The position numbers and the translations under genes are program-made. DNA of 64,000 bases, from contig JAQGDQ010001058.1 of assembly GCA_030141605.1 (NCBI GenBank), positions 2,669 through 66,668 on the forward strand, read 5' to 3'. A model generated the notes under the pieces. That model made no database searches. It saw only the letters and a program-made list of their open reading frames with translations, and was not told the DNA's origin. Positions within the stretch are counted from its first letter, which is position 1. Each line of letters starts with the position of its first letter. The stretch comes from Tubiluchus corallicola (taxonomy: Eukaryota > Animalia > Priapulida). This document shows, one piece after another, positions 27,301-39,976 of this stretch.

Positions 27301-30300
27301 ACATTGTGATTTTTTACACTTTGCTTTGCTTTTATAAGTGCAGCTCAATTTGGATAACTTGTGTGAGGAAAATTCATTGCAGTTCTGATCAATAAGCCTT
27401 TTCATAGTTCAAGTGATTGAGACGATTGTGGAAAGCTCAAAGGTTAGGTGTACCAGACAATGTATTTGTGTACTTTTGACAACGCTTTGCAGCCCATGGT
27501 GTTGTAATAGTAGCAGATTTAACAGTTGCTACAACCTTACATGGTTCATTTTTTCTTGTTCCCAAGCAAGATCCTGCTAGTAAATCACTCTACCCACAGA
27601 CTAATGCATAATTAAGTAAAGTCGGCATAAAACAACTGAAGTCACTGAACTGCAGACGGCTTTGCTTTACCCACACGTCACGTGAAGGTTGTAGTTAAGA
27701 TGCGTTGCTGTTGTACACTTAACCTTTCACCTACAGCGACTGTGCGTGTGCATGACGAAATTGTGAAAAGGCTTATTACCAAAAAAATGACACCAAAATT
27801 AAAAAATAAAGGCAAAATCACTTAGAAAAAACCGCCAACAGATGGCACTAGTGGAAAGTATGCATAAGCCTTCCAAAGTGTATAACATCAGTTAACGGGC
27901 AATGTGTAAAAGTTAGACATCGTATAGGAAATAAGGGAAGATTAGACAGAAAAACTATTAAAAAATTTCAAATGAAGTAGTACCTAACCAGTAGTAATAG
28001 TAATATAATTTTAAGAATTAAAACCGTACTTGCTTATTTTGCTACTTTGTAGAAAATGCTAAAAATGCTAGTGAATATTTTCATTTTTTGCAATATCTCG
28101 TTTTACACTCCATGTCTCACTTTGATTTCCCACTCCAATAACTTATTTAACATCAACAGACTAAAGTTATCCAATATAAATACAATAAACCATGTATAAC
28201 TCGAACACCTCGGCACCGGTAAATTTGTATGAGTTAGACAATGTTCGCAAGAAGACAAGATCAATGTCAGACATACACTAGCAACACTACAGCCTGTGAA
28301 AATTACAAACTGAGCCTTTAATCAAATACAAAACAACAATTTTTATGAATAACCAAAAAATAAAATTACTGGTCCACCTCTACTGTAGTCTGAGTAGAAT
28401 GGTTAATAAAGTTCGGCAATAATAATATTGTGATATAGTTATTAAACATGTTCGTTAAACCATGACGTGTTCAGTATTCTGCTACGGTAATACAAGAAAT
28501 CTCAGCATTTTTACTGAAACCAGCAGTTAGAATTGTAATGTGGTGCACACTTCTTCATAGGATTTCTCGCCTGGGAGGCTGTTCGAGATATTTCAATCAG
28601 ATTCTTAAGAATTATACCGAGAATTCGTTTTGAATTACCCGACAATTCGAGTTACACAAAGTTTGTTAAAGGGAAAATCTGTTCCACGAGATTTGTTTGA
28701 GGTACGCAAGAATTCGAGTTATACCAGTTTGAGCCATACGTAGTTTACTGTACTTAGGTAAACACAATGCAAATCAAAGGATAAAGTATCTAGTAGATAA
28801 CATTTTAAGTCTGCAAAACCAACACATAGTGCTTTGTCACATACAACGGTACAGTACAGGATGCCTGGCCCCACAGGAGTCGTCCATGTTCGCAAAACAC
28901 TCCAACCTTCTCCCTTTAGACAGTGATTAACAAATCTAGCCAAATCTGAGGAACTAACTACACAAACGACAAAAGCTTAAAAGCAAGTTTTTTTCCGATA
29001 AACTAATAAAAATGATTAAAAGATATTAATGTATATCATACCTTCCCAGGGATAAAACAGCAGAGGTTCATATCTACGTATTTCATGAACGTCATGTTAA
29101 GAAGCGACAGTCGTGTTTCGATGGCGGTTAAAATGTCGCAGTGTCGAGCTAAAGGATGATTGCGTCTCTCGCTTTCCCGCCGTGGTAACTGAGCTTTTAC
29201 TTTCTTTAGACATTTACTATGAAGTCTGTCGGCTCTGTAGAACCCTTGATTAAGAACTCTTTGACAGACAATGTCCAAACTTTTGCACACCTGAGAAAGA
29301 AAGTTAAAACATGTAAATATTGCTGAAAACATATATGTGTACAAGAAAGAGCCAACGTCTAGGAATCAACATGTTTATTGAGCGACGATCGTTCCGACTA
29401 TTGAAGCCATTATCTAACTATAAATGAAGCCAAAACGAAGAATAAGTAATACATTATTTATTAGATATTTAGCTTTTTTTGAATATTTTCCTGATGATTT
29501 GATACTGGAATATAAATGTTTAATATATTTTGCATTTGTTTTTATAAAAACAAAAAAAATTGACATTTGAGTTTTTGGTACATTCTACTTTGAAGCATCA
29601 TAACGTAAGTTTTACCTATGCATCTATACTAACCTCGCGATATGATATGCATCACGATACAACCAAAGCTAATGTCTGGATGCTTTATAGAAAACTAGAT
29701 AAAGCTGTTTTTAATAAATGCTAAACATATATATCAATCAACAACTTTAAATGCTAAAATAACTGTATTGCCATTTGATTTTTATTTATTACTTGATTAA
29801 CGTATAGGCTATCAAAGAAGCAAAACGTATCAATACTTTCGGTTTAAAAGTTGCTTGCGCATTTTCTGGTTCACTTTTACCATTTCACAAATTTACATGT
29901 AAACAACATAATTGGCTTACTACAGATTAAACACCTTGCTCACTTTTACCATTTCACAAATTTACATGTAAACAACATAATTGGCTTACTACAGATTAAA
30001 CACCTTGCTCACTTTTGCCATTTCACAAGTTTACATGTAAACAACGTAATTAGCTTACTACAGATTAAACACCTTGCTCACTTTTGTCATTTCACAAGTT
30101 TACATGTAAACAACATAATTGGCTTACTACAGATTAAACACCTTGCTCACTTTTGCCATTTCACAAGTTTACATGTAAACAATGTAATTAGCTTACTACA
30201 GATTAAACACCTTGCTCACTTTTGCCATTTCACAAGTTTACATGTAAAAAACGTAATTAGCTTACTACAGGTTAAACACCTTGCTCACTTTTGCCATTTC

Positions 30301-33300
30301 ACAAGTTTACATGTAAACAACATAATTGGCTTACTACAGATTAAACACCTTGCTCACTTTTGCCATTTCACAAGTTTACATGTAAACAACGTAATTAGCT
30401 TACTACAGATTAAACACCTTGCTCACTTTTGCCATTTCACAAGTTTACATGTAAACAACGTAATTAGCTTACTACAGATTAAACACCTTGCTCACTTTTG
30501 TCATTTCACAAGTTTACATGTAAACAACATAATTGGCTTACTACAGATTAAACACCTTGCTCACTTTTGCCATTTCACAAGTTTACATGTAAACAATGTA
30601 ATTAGCTTACTACAGATTAAACACCTTGCTCACTTTTGCCATTTCACAAGTTTACATGTAAACAACGTAATTAGCTTACTACAGATTAAACACCTTGCTC
30701 ACTTTTGCCATTTCACAAGTTTACATGTAAACAACATAATTGGCTTACTACAGATTAAACACCTTGCTCACTTTTGCCATTTCACAAGTTTACATGTAAA
30801 CAACGTAATTAGCTTACTACAGATTAAACACCTTGCTCACTTTTGCCATTTCACAAGTTTACATGTAAACAACGTAATTAGCTTACTACAGATTAAACAC
30901 CTTGCTCACTTTTGCCATTTCACAAGTTTACATGTAAACAACGTAATTGGCTTACTACAGATTAAACACCTTGCTCACTTTTGCCATTTCACTAGTTTAC
31001 ATGTAAACAACGTAATTAGCTTACTACAGATTAAACACCTTGCTCACTTTTGCCATTTCACAAGTTTACATGTAAACAACATAATTAGCTTACTACAGAT
31101 TAAACACCTTGCTCACTTTTGCCATTTCACAAGTTTACATGTAAACAACATAATTAGCTTACTACATATTAAATACCTTGCTCACTTTTGCCATTTCACA
31201 ACTTTACATGTAAACAACATAATTAGCTTACTACAGATTAAACACCTTGCTCACTTTTGCCATTTCACAAGTTTACATGTAAACAACATAATTAGCTTAC
31301 TATAGATTAAACACCTTGCTCACTTTTGCCATTTCACAAGTTTACATGTAAACAACGTAATTGGCTTACTACAGATTAAACACCTTGCTCACTTTTGCCA
31401 TTTCACAAGTTTACATGTAAACAACGTAATTAGCTTACTACAGATTAAACACCTTGCTCACTTTTGCCATTTCACAAGTTTACATGTAAACAACGTAATT
31501 AGCTTACTACAGATTAAACACCTTGCTCACTTTTGCCATTTCACAAGTTTACATGTAAACAACATAATTGGCTTACTACAGATTAAACACCTTGCTCACT
31601 TTTGCCATTTCACAAGTTTACATGTAAACAATGTAATTAGCTTACTACAGATTAAACACCTTGCTCACTTTTGCCATTTCACAAGTTTACATGTAAAAAA
31701 CGTAATTAGCTTACTACAGGTTAAACACCTTGCTCACTTTTGCCATTTCACAAGTTTACATGTAAACAACATAATTGGCTTACTACAGATTAAACACCTT
31801 GCTCACTTTTGCCATTTCACAAGTTTACATGTAAACAACGTAATTAGCTTACTACAGATTAAACACCTTGCTCACTTTTGCCATTTCACAAGTTTACATG
31901 TAAACAACGTAATTAGCTTACTACAGATTAAACACCTTGCTCACTTTTGCCATTTCACAAGTTTACATGTAAACAACATAATTGGCTTACTACAGATTAA
32001 ACACCTTGCTCACTTTTGCCATTTCACAAGTTTACATGTAAACAACGTAATTAGCTTACTACAGATTAAACACCTTGCTCACTTTTGCCATTTCACAAGT
32101 TTACATGTAAACAACGTAATTAGCTTACTACAGATTAAACACCTTGCTCACTTTTGCCATTTCACAAGTTTACATGTAAACAACATAATTGGCTTACTAC
32201 AGATTAAACACCTTGCTCACTTTTGCCATTTCACAAGTTTACATGTAAACAACGTAATTAGCTTACTACAGATTAAACACCTTGCTCACTTTTGCCATTT
32301 CACAAGTTTACATGTAAACAACGTAATTAGCTTACTACAGATTAAACACCTTGCTCACTTTTGCCATTTCACAAGTTTACATGTAAACAACGTAATTGGC
32401 TTACTACAGATTAAACACCTTGCTCACTTTTGCCATTTCACTAGTTTACATGTAAACAACGTAATTAGCTTACTACAGATTAAACACCTTGCTCACTTTT
32501 GCCATTTCACAAGTTTACATGTAAACAACATAATTAGCTTACTACAGATTAAACACCTTGCTCACTTTTGCCATTTCACAAGTTTACATGTAAACAACAT
32601 AATTAGCTTACTACATATTAAATACCTTGCTCACTTTTGCCATTTCACAACTTTACATGTAAACAACATAATTAGCTTACTACAGATTAAACACCTTGCT
32701 CACTTTTGCCATTTCACAAGTTTACATGTAAACAACATAATTAGCTTACTATAGATTAAACACCTTGCTCACTTTTGCCATTTCATAAGTTTACATGTAA
32801 ACAACGTAATTAGCTTACTACAGATTAAACACCTTGCTCACTTTTGCCATTTCACAAGTTTACATGTAAACAACGTAATTAGCTTACTACAGATTAAACA
32901 CCTTGCTCACTTTTGCCATTTCACAAGTTTACATGTAAACAACATAATTAGCTTACTATAGATTAAACACCTTGCTCACTTTTGCCATTTCACAAATTTA
33001 CATGTAAACAACATAATTGGCTTACTACAGATTAAACACCTTGCTCACTTTTGCCATTTCACAAGTTTACATGTAAACAACATAATTGGCTTACTATAGA
33101 TTAAACACCTTGCTCACTTTTGCCATTTCACAAGTTTTCATGTAAACAACGTAATTAGCTTACTATAGATTAAACACCTTGCTCACTTTTGCCATTTCAC
33201 AAGTTTACATGTAAACAACATATATAGTTTACTACAGATTAAACACTTTGCGTTTTCAACCACTTTGGCTGCTAGCAGTGCCTGTGTTAAGTCAACCACT

Positions 33301-33668
33301 GCTCACTCCACTGATTCAGAGGTATCTACAGTATGCTCTACAGCCGCACCTTCAATTACCTCAAATCGTTTTTATAAACACACGGTCACGCTAATTTACT
33401 AAATATCACTGATTCAGGTTATCACGATACACGTGCAGTTTGGCGACACGCATATCGCTACAAAAGACATCACGATGCATCAATACATCAATGTAAGGTT
33501 ACGCGCCTAATCTACAGGCACACTTACTCACACAGATGTTAAAACTTACATGCCTACTCACAAACCCACCTTTCTTAAATTACTGATGTTCTCATACGAA
33601 ATGTTGGATAGGATTTTTTCCAAGATTTCCGGCGGTAGTTGCAGTAAAACAACTGGTTCTGCTGCCAT
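21355..33668 (-). CDS. FBXO28: F-box only protein 28-like, 6 coding exons, 419 aa
   Basis: Exons (minus) 33570-33668, 29042-29290, 27042-27167, 25279-25384, 24267-24457, 21355-21843, phases compatible (1260 nt). N-terminal F-box (LLQLPPEILEKILSNISYENISNLRKVCK), then the FBXO28/dampened signature VKAQLPRRESERRNHPLARHCDILTAIETRLSLLNMTFMKYVDMNLCCFIPGKVLDE...RAHEILQELRDISSMAMEYFDE, and a coiled-coil/low-complexity tail. The exon-4 donor could be 9 nt earlier. A splice acceptor lies 18 nt upstream of the ATG. Confidence 0.92.
22024..22653. mobile_element. Degenerate TIR element (possibly PIF/Harbinger-like)
   Basis: Inverted termini GACTCCATGGGCATGTAATGCGTAATGC / GCATTACGCATTACATACACATGGAGTC. Confidence 0.6.
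23136..23842. repeat. 71-bp minisatellite, about 10 copies
   Basis: Unit TTAGTTTTACTTAAGAGAGATTCCACTGTTTTTAGCTCAGCTCTTAATGTTTCAATAGCATGCAAGATGTA. Confidence 0.96.
23971..24010 (-). ncRNA. Minimal type-I hammerhead ribozyme-like motif (Penelope type)
   Basis: Minus strand reads GTGCAG-CTGATGA-G-GTCC-GAGA-GGTT-GAA-AGCT-T-CTGAAC: intact CUGAUGA/GAAA core, GNRA-capped imperfect stem II, palindromic AGCT stem III, stem I 5 of 6 pairs. Confidence 0.6.
24076..24114 (+). ncRNA. Second, inverted and mutated hammerhead-like motif
   Basis: GTGCAG-CTGATGA-A-GTCC-GAGA-GAAC-GAAC-GCTTATG; GAAA core mutated to GAAC. Confidence 0.5.
24536..24939 (-). mobile_element. Tc1/mariner-like MITE family F, inverted copy
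   Basis: Same TIR CACTCATATCTCGGTTTGCCG; internal sequence is the reverse complement of 20320-20756. Confidence 0.86.
24956..25142. mobile_element. Short Tigger-like MITE
   Basis: TA|TAGTCAGTCCTCGTTATAATGCC...GGCGGTATAAAGAGGTTTGATTG|TA. Confidence 0.6.
25566..25847. mobile_element. Family C TIR element (internally deleted)
   Basis: AATAAGCCTTTTCACAG...CTATGAAAAGGCTTATT. Confidence 0.78.
27391..27778. mobile_element. Family C TIR element, inverted
   Basis: AATAAGCCTTTTCATAG...TTGTGAAAAGGCTTATT; interior is the reverse complement of 427-790. Confidence 0.78.
29871..33250. repeat. 69-bp minisatellite, about 49 copies, in FBXO28 coding intron 1
   Basis: Unit CACCTTGCTCACTTTTGCCATTTCACAAGTTTACATGTAAACAACGTAATTAGCTTACTACAGATTAAA; contains a 1449-bp (21-unit) higher-order duplication. 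Confidence 0.98.
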
Positions 33669-33824
33669 TCTTGATTCACTGTTGCACTGAAAAAATTGCT
33701 AGAGCTCAACAAAAATTATTTTAAAACATAACGCTAACAGCTGACTGCAGGCTAATCTGAGTTTTCTTAAATACACAAATTTCAAGTGCAAATAAGTAGT
33801 GTTTCCATCGGGTACCCGGTAACC

Positions 33825-34075
33825 TAAGTAATTATGGCTCCTACTTACATATCAGACCTTCTTAAATTATATGTCCCTCGCAAAGCATTAAGATTTAGCT
33901 TAAACAGAAATAATCTTGAAGTTCCACATACCAGGCTTGTCACATGCAGTGATAAATCATTCAGTTCTGCTGCCTCAAATTGTGGAATTCTTTGCCCTTG
34001 CAATTATGCCTGATCAAGTCTCTTGATAATTTTAAAAAATTCTGAAAACTTACTATTTTAATGAAGCCTTCTGTG
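33825..34075 (+). mobile_element. Decayed L2-group LINE 3' end
   Basis: Translates to MAPTYISDLLKLYVPRKALR...VPHTRLVTCSDKSFSSAA..(W)NSLP, the typical L2 ORF2 C-terminus, frameshifted. Confidence 0.75.
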
Positions 34076-35384
34076 GTTGAACTCGTTTTGCATTTTTTGA
34101 TTGTGGATGTATTATGGCATTGTTTTTATTATTTTACTAAATTTTCCATGTTTTAATGTTTTTTTGTCACATTCAATGTACTTTTAATCAATCAATGTGC
34201 CATGGTCTCAAATATCTTACGAAATAATTTTTTAGTAATTTTGACGATCTTTTATTTGTAAGATTCATTTCATCATCATGTAGAATGCATTAAAAATATT
34301 AAATAAATTATTAATTACGCTCATTGTTTATTACAGAGCCTAATACTTCTACCCCATTCCGATAATGAAAATAGCAAACTATTAACTGTTGTGTTGGCAG
34401 CGTGCCAGGATAGCAGCCAGCAGGGAGATGGCACACCAAAAAATTTTTGCAGAAGAGGCGACTTACGAAAAACAAATTATAATTTCTTTAGCAAGGCGGT
34501 TAATTATTCAAATGAAATTGTTTATTAACCTTTAAAATCATATTTCAGGCCACTCAAAGATTATTTTTTTCTCCTGATGTCTAAGCTGTACTAACAGTGT
34601 TCAGTGTGGCACTACCTGTGGTATTACCTGACGTAGTTGACTCATTGATGAAGCATGCAATTAAGCAATTAAGTAGTCTGGCAGATAAAAACTCATTCAA
34701 ATGTGTGGGGAAAACAACTTTCACGACTCACAGCTCGAGTGTTCAGGCTTTCAGGGTGTAATAAATGAATGGTTGCTGTTAACATAACAGTGCAGTTCGT
34801 TAAAATGTGCCAGTGGTTGTTTTTATTTGTGAATATAAATGATTACAGTTTTTTCACTGCCGCTGAATCTCAACGGATACGTGACAGGTATAAGGAAAAA
34901 GGTGCTCGAGTCTGATTTTTGCTACCCGTGTAAACCCTAGAAATAAGCAAGTGAACTTTTATCTTTCGTAAATTCGTTGTGTTAACTGACATTCATTTTC
35001 TCATTATGAAACCTTCTTGCATAACTTGCAACTAAGTCAAATGTTTGTCCATAAAATAGTTAGAAACAAACTTAGCAATCACCTTATGGGCACGGTACTG
35101 TCTGTCTGAATTCGTACTAAGTCCTTCTAACATTTTTGGGAATATTGAAAGAACCCTAACTGCCCAGAAGACTTGGCATTTCCTTTAAGAAAAGGCTTGT
35201 TAGGGTACATGGATAAACTTTCTTAATCTTTAATACGTCCCAGTTATTTGGTCATAATGCTGAAATTATTAAAATCCCTGTATAAGAATGGTGGGGGGGT
35301 ATTTTGTCTTTAAGTGGAAGGAAAGAGCCTAAACTATTGCGGGATTTCAACAATGCATAACTGAATGAGGATAGAGTTGCTTAA

Positions 35385-35914
35385 AGGAAGACAGGATGAT
35401 TTTTCATATACACCCCATTTTCAAGTCCGATAAAAAGTATACATTTTAACACAATTAATATGGCAAAAGCTCTTTTCTAGATTAAAAACTTAATTAATGG
35501 TGGGCGAGACCAATTAGTGACGACATCAGAAACTAACCTAATTTTCAACATCAAAAATATTTCACGAGCGTGTTGCACATGTTTGCAAAAGCAAAAATGA
35601 CAGTACAGTGCTACTGTAGGATATTCAGTGTGTTATATTAAAATTATGCAAGTCTTAAGATAAAAATTCAAATTTACCACTGTGCTCAGGCATGAGCTGT
35701 CGAATGTGTGCAGTTTGTCACAACTAACACTTCTGAACTGAGAGGTACAGCACAGCGAATGTAGGCGCTAGTGACCGTCTAACTACTGAATGGCAAAATG
35801 CATATAATTCTTTCACACAAGTCATTTTGAAAAAATTGTGCTTCTTTTTAATATTTTAATATTTAAGAGTAGATTGTTTTGACTTACAGATTCAATATTG
35901 GGTCCTGTTTTGCT
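35385..35914 (+). mobile_element. Kolobok-like non-autonomous element, family B
   Basis: TTAA|AGGAAGACAGGA...TCCTGTTTTGCT|TTAA; six copies in window. Confidence 0.8.
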
Positions 35915-36229
35915 TTAACCGTATATTCAGGACTGATTTTTTTTTCTTCACTTGCAAAGATTGAGGACAAGTGAACAGTATAGGTAGATACATCATTTTT
36001 TTGGAAACAGACTGTGTGGGAGTTTTTTGTTTCGAAAAATTTTAACAAGATATTTTTTGAGAGTGCAGTCAATTACTCACATTGGAAATCTGTAGAAATT
36101 AGAAAACTTTTTATATGTTAATTTCTTCATGAAATTTCTGACATGTTGATGAAAGACAAAAAGCTCTATGCACTAAAGTTTGAATCAGATTACCTTTGAA
36201 CTATTTGCAAGTGAAAGATTCAAAGTCAG

Positions 36230-36790
36230 CATGCAGACCAATAAATGTATTTTTCAAAAGACCTGTAGATGTCCGTTTCTCTCCATTTAAAGATAAAATA
36301 CCCACATTCTTACAGTCAGATGTTGTTTATAGATTTCAGTATAGCAAATGTTATGTGCCCTGCAACGACACAACAACAGCATGATGCTTATTCCGAATAA
36401 AGTAAGAATATGTAAATATCTGCGTATTTCGTCCAGAACTGGCAAATACTCCCAAAGCTACAAATACTGGGACAATTAATAATTTTTTTAAAGTTCATCA
36501 TGTGCCCCAACAAGCCTTCTCTTAAAGTTTAAAGTAGTCCTACTGCCTTAACTTTCTTTTCAAACACCAAGCAAGTTTTACTATAGAGGTATGTTTTTAC
36601 TTTTTACTGCATATTCGGCTTCGATGTAAATACATATTCATTACTATTATTAGTGATTTTGACGGTACAGTAGATTTTGCCTATAAAATTGGTTGCTGTT
36701 TGTGTACTCTTTTACAATGAAGACGACTGTTAGCCTCGGCAGTCAAAACACTTGACGTTTTTAATACTATATATTTTAAAGTTTTTTTTA
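36230..36790 (+). mobile_element. Penelope-like retroelement relic (GIY-YIG remnant plus decayed hammerhead)
   Basis: INVFFK...FSPFKDKIPTFLQSDVVYRFQY.KC resembles the start of the PLE GIY-YIG endonuclease; downstream TGAAGA-C-GACTG..CAGTC-AAAAC at 36717-36752. Confidence 0.65.
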
Positions 36791-38542
36791 TAACACTACG
36801 AGTGAATGTATAAATTGACTTAGACTGACGCTTGTTACTTCACTAAACACATAATGTATTGATGAATGTTACAGGATAATTACAGTTTGTAAGGCTAACA
36901 CTGTAAATAATTCCTGCAAAACTGTTGCAAAACATAATACAAGTGTTCTTTTTGCACTAAAATCTGTGAAAAACTGCAAAACATCTCCGTAGTAAAATTC
37001 TAGCAATGAATGCATTGAATGTCGGCGCACCGAATTTTAAATTAAGAAGTTCGTTTTAGTTGTTTTTTCACGTGTTAACCAGGTTCTAGATACAAAATAG
37101 TTTCAATTAAATGGGAAAATGGTGTTTTTTCATCCATTCGGAATTTCAGCAAAGTAGTAAACAACATCGAACCGTAAGTCACACTGGCATTTTAAAGTTT
37201 AAATAGAAAGCCATGAAATTCTAGCCAATTGTCAGTGTTTTGTGTCATGCGATTGTTTGTTCTCTGCTGTTATGATAATTAAATCTGGATCATAAATTTG
37301 CTATTTTTCAATTTCAAAAATTCTTGATTAATGTATTGCAATTGTCAGGACAATTTACCTTGCCTTTTTTCTTTCTTCTTGCTATTCATATGCATTTCCA
37401 TAGTCTCTTTAAGTCTTTATAGATATATGTTATAACTTCCATAGAACAAAGAGTTGATAACTATTACTTCTCTTAAAGTTACTGATTTAAATTTCGTCTC
37501 ACAGTGTTTTCGCCATGCATATCTGATAACCATGATTAAATTTTTTTCTTGCAAATGTTTTTCTGAACATTAAAATATTCTCTTTGATATGATTTTGTTT
37601 TGGACCACGTTTAATTATGTTTAATGTTTGACTATATTTAGGACTGGTTTTTGATTTTTGGTTTTTGCTGTTGTTGTACTTTGTTTTTTGTATTTATGGA
37701 CGTTCGTGTATTTTTTAATTGTTGTGTTCTGCTGTCATTAGTGTCTTTTTGTTTACTTGTCAAGTTGTCATTGGTGGTTGACTCGCTAAGCTTTGGTTTT
37801 TCGCTACCCTTTCTCCCATGTTCATTTGTATTTTTGCATATTTTGTTGTTAAATTAATGTAAATTTATGGATAAAAATAAAAAATTACTTACTTGCTTAC
37901 TTGAGACTCACTTCTCTTGATTTTCACTGTGGTTTGCCTCTCAGTTTCGAACATTTGAAGGTTTCTGCTTTTGTGCTCTTTAATTGAGATTTGTCTTGGT
38001 CAATTTACTTAGCTCTAAAACGTGTTCGTGTGATTAGTATTATGCCTAAACTGTCTAGGCATAACTACGCCGTCTATGCTTAGCATGGTACAGTAAAGTG
38101 TAGTTAGTGTTTTTACTGCTAGTCCTGTTGGAGCTATGATCACTGTTTTAAGTTTAGTTTCTCTTATCAATATCACTTTCTCATTCAAAAATTTCTAAAG
38201 TTTAGTATTTCTGCCAGCACACGCACAATCTGACCGCGAATCCGCAATGTGTTTGCCATATTTCAACCTGTGATTTGCAGTGTGATGTGATTATCGCAAG
38301 AGCAATAATCTTCAAAGCCGGCTAAAATGTCGGCTAACTCACCTCCCATCACTGAGCGGCTGGTGTGACTAAAGATGGGTTTTTATATCTGCTAGTTCGA
38401 TATGGAGCTCAGCTGAAATGGCGCGGCTCTTGGGCTGTATTTATTTTGTTCTGTCTTCATACAGGGTGAACTGTGATTCTCCATTGATAGACCACTAGTA
38501 GCTTATAGAGTAAATTTCTGAGTCTCAAAAGCCAGAGTACCT

Positions 38543-38620
38543 GTGTGGTATAATGGCTAGCACAGTTGCTCGGAAAGCCAAAGGTCTTGGGTTTGAATTC
38601 AATGGAGGTGCAATCTTTTT
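38543..38620 (+). mobile_element. Degenerate tRNA-derived SINE head
   Basis: A box TGGTATAATGG and B box GGTTTGAATTC at tRNA-like spacing; cloverleaf not intact. Confidence 0.5.
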
Positions 38621-38712
38621 TCATGCTTTCTAATTTAGTATCACTTTTGTGCATTTATATGATTGTGTTCTTAGCTTGTAGCTGCAGGGTAGCCATACCT
38701 AAGATTACAGAA

Positions 38713-39116
38713 AATAAGCGTTTTCACAATTTCGTTGTGCATACGTGCACTTGCTGTAGGTCAAAGGTTAAGTGTGCCATAGACAGCGTGTCTTAGCTGC
38801 AACCGTCTTGTGACATGTGTGTAAAGCAAAGCTGTCTGCCTCACTTGTACTGTAATGCTGGATGTTTTTTACATAGACTTTTACTTAATTGTGCATTAAT
38901 CTGTGTGTAGAGTGATAGTGATTTACTAGCAGGATCTTGCTTGGGAACAATTTAAAAATGAACGTGGTAAGGTTCTAGCTAGTTGTTAACACTGTTACTA
39001 TTACAATAACATGGGTTGATGGGCTGCTGAGCATTGTTAAGTGTGTTGTCTGGTACACTTGACTTTTCACCTTTTCTTGATCATCATCAGTCGCTGGAAC
39101 TGTAAAATGGCTTAGT
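38713..39116. mobile_element. Family C TIR element
   Basis: Collinear with 427-790. Confidence 0.72.
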
Positions 39117-39202
39117 AAATGCAAACCCAGTACAGTGTAAAGCAAATGAAAACCTACATACCTATATCTATACTCACTGTGGCTTACCTTGTAAAAATTT
39201 AA

Positions 39203-39815
39203 AGGAAGATAGGATGATTTTTCATATACTACCCCACTTTCAAGTACGGTAAAAAGTATATATTTTGACCCAATTAAAACTGTAAAAGCGTCACTGATAA
39301 TTAAAAACTTTATTAACGGCGGGCAAGCCCCACTAGTGATGACATCACAAACTAACATAATTTTCAACAGCAAAAATACTCCTTGAGTTTGCTTGTTGCA
39401 CATGTTTCCGAAAGCGAAAATTGAAGTACAGTACTACTGTGAGATATTCAGTGAGTTGTACTAAAACACGGCAAGTTTTAAGATAAAAATTCTAATTTCA
39501 AATTTATGGTTGTGCTCGTGCATGAGCTATCGACCGTGTGTAGTTCGTCACAAGCTAACGCATCTGAACTGAGAGGTACAGCGCCTGCTTTTTGTACAAT
39601 GCGTTCCAAAGTGTAGGCGTTAGTGCCTATCTAACTAGCGAATGGCAATACGCATGTAACAGCGAAGAACTAGTGGCACGAACGCACAAGTGTTTGTGTA
39701 GCAATAATTCTTTCACGCAAGTCATTTCTGAAAAAAAATGTATGTTTCCTTTCAATGTTTTAGAGAGTAGATTGTTTTGATCTACAATTTTGGTTTATTT
39801 GGGTCCGGTTTTGCT
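39203..39815 (+). mobile_element. Kolobok-like family B copy
   Basis: TTAA|AGGAAGATAGGATG...TCCGGTTTTGCT|TTAA. Confidence 0.8.
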
Positions 39816-39976
39816 TTAATATTAATGATTGTTTTGTTCCAGGCCTGTCAACTCTCTATGCCCGTGCATCAATTAAGAAGTCTCCCTTGTTGTGCTGCAA
39901 TCATAGCATATTGTCCTTCACATTTTGATAGTCAACCGGATGAAAGTTGAATAAGCGAACGTTTTAATAATTAACA

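Noticed and set aside
29851-31305. 484-aa His-rich repeat protein
   Set aside because: Translation of the 69-bp satellite; TTG start, stop variants within the array, antisense within an FBXO28 intron.
38085-38087. Alternative ATG|GT first exon for FCF1
   Set aside because: Weaker donor (GTACAG) than 39977 (aacaATG|gtaagt); not excluded without transcripts.
38324-38348. Minus-strand donor (GAG|GTGAGT) for an FBXO28 5'UTR exon
   Set aside because: The sequence AAAATGTCGGCTAACTCACCTCC resembles an internal motif of repeat family A (compare 1604-1625), so it may be a TE fragment.
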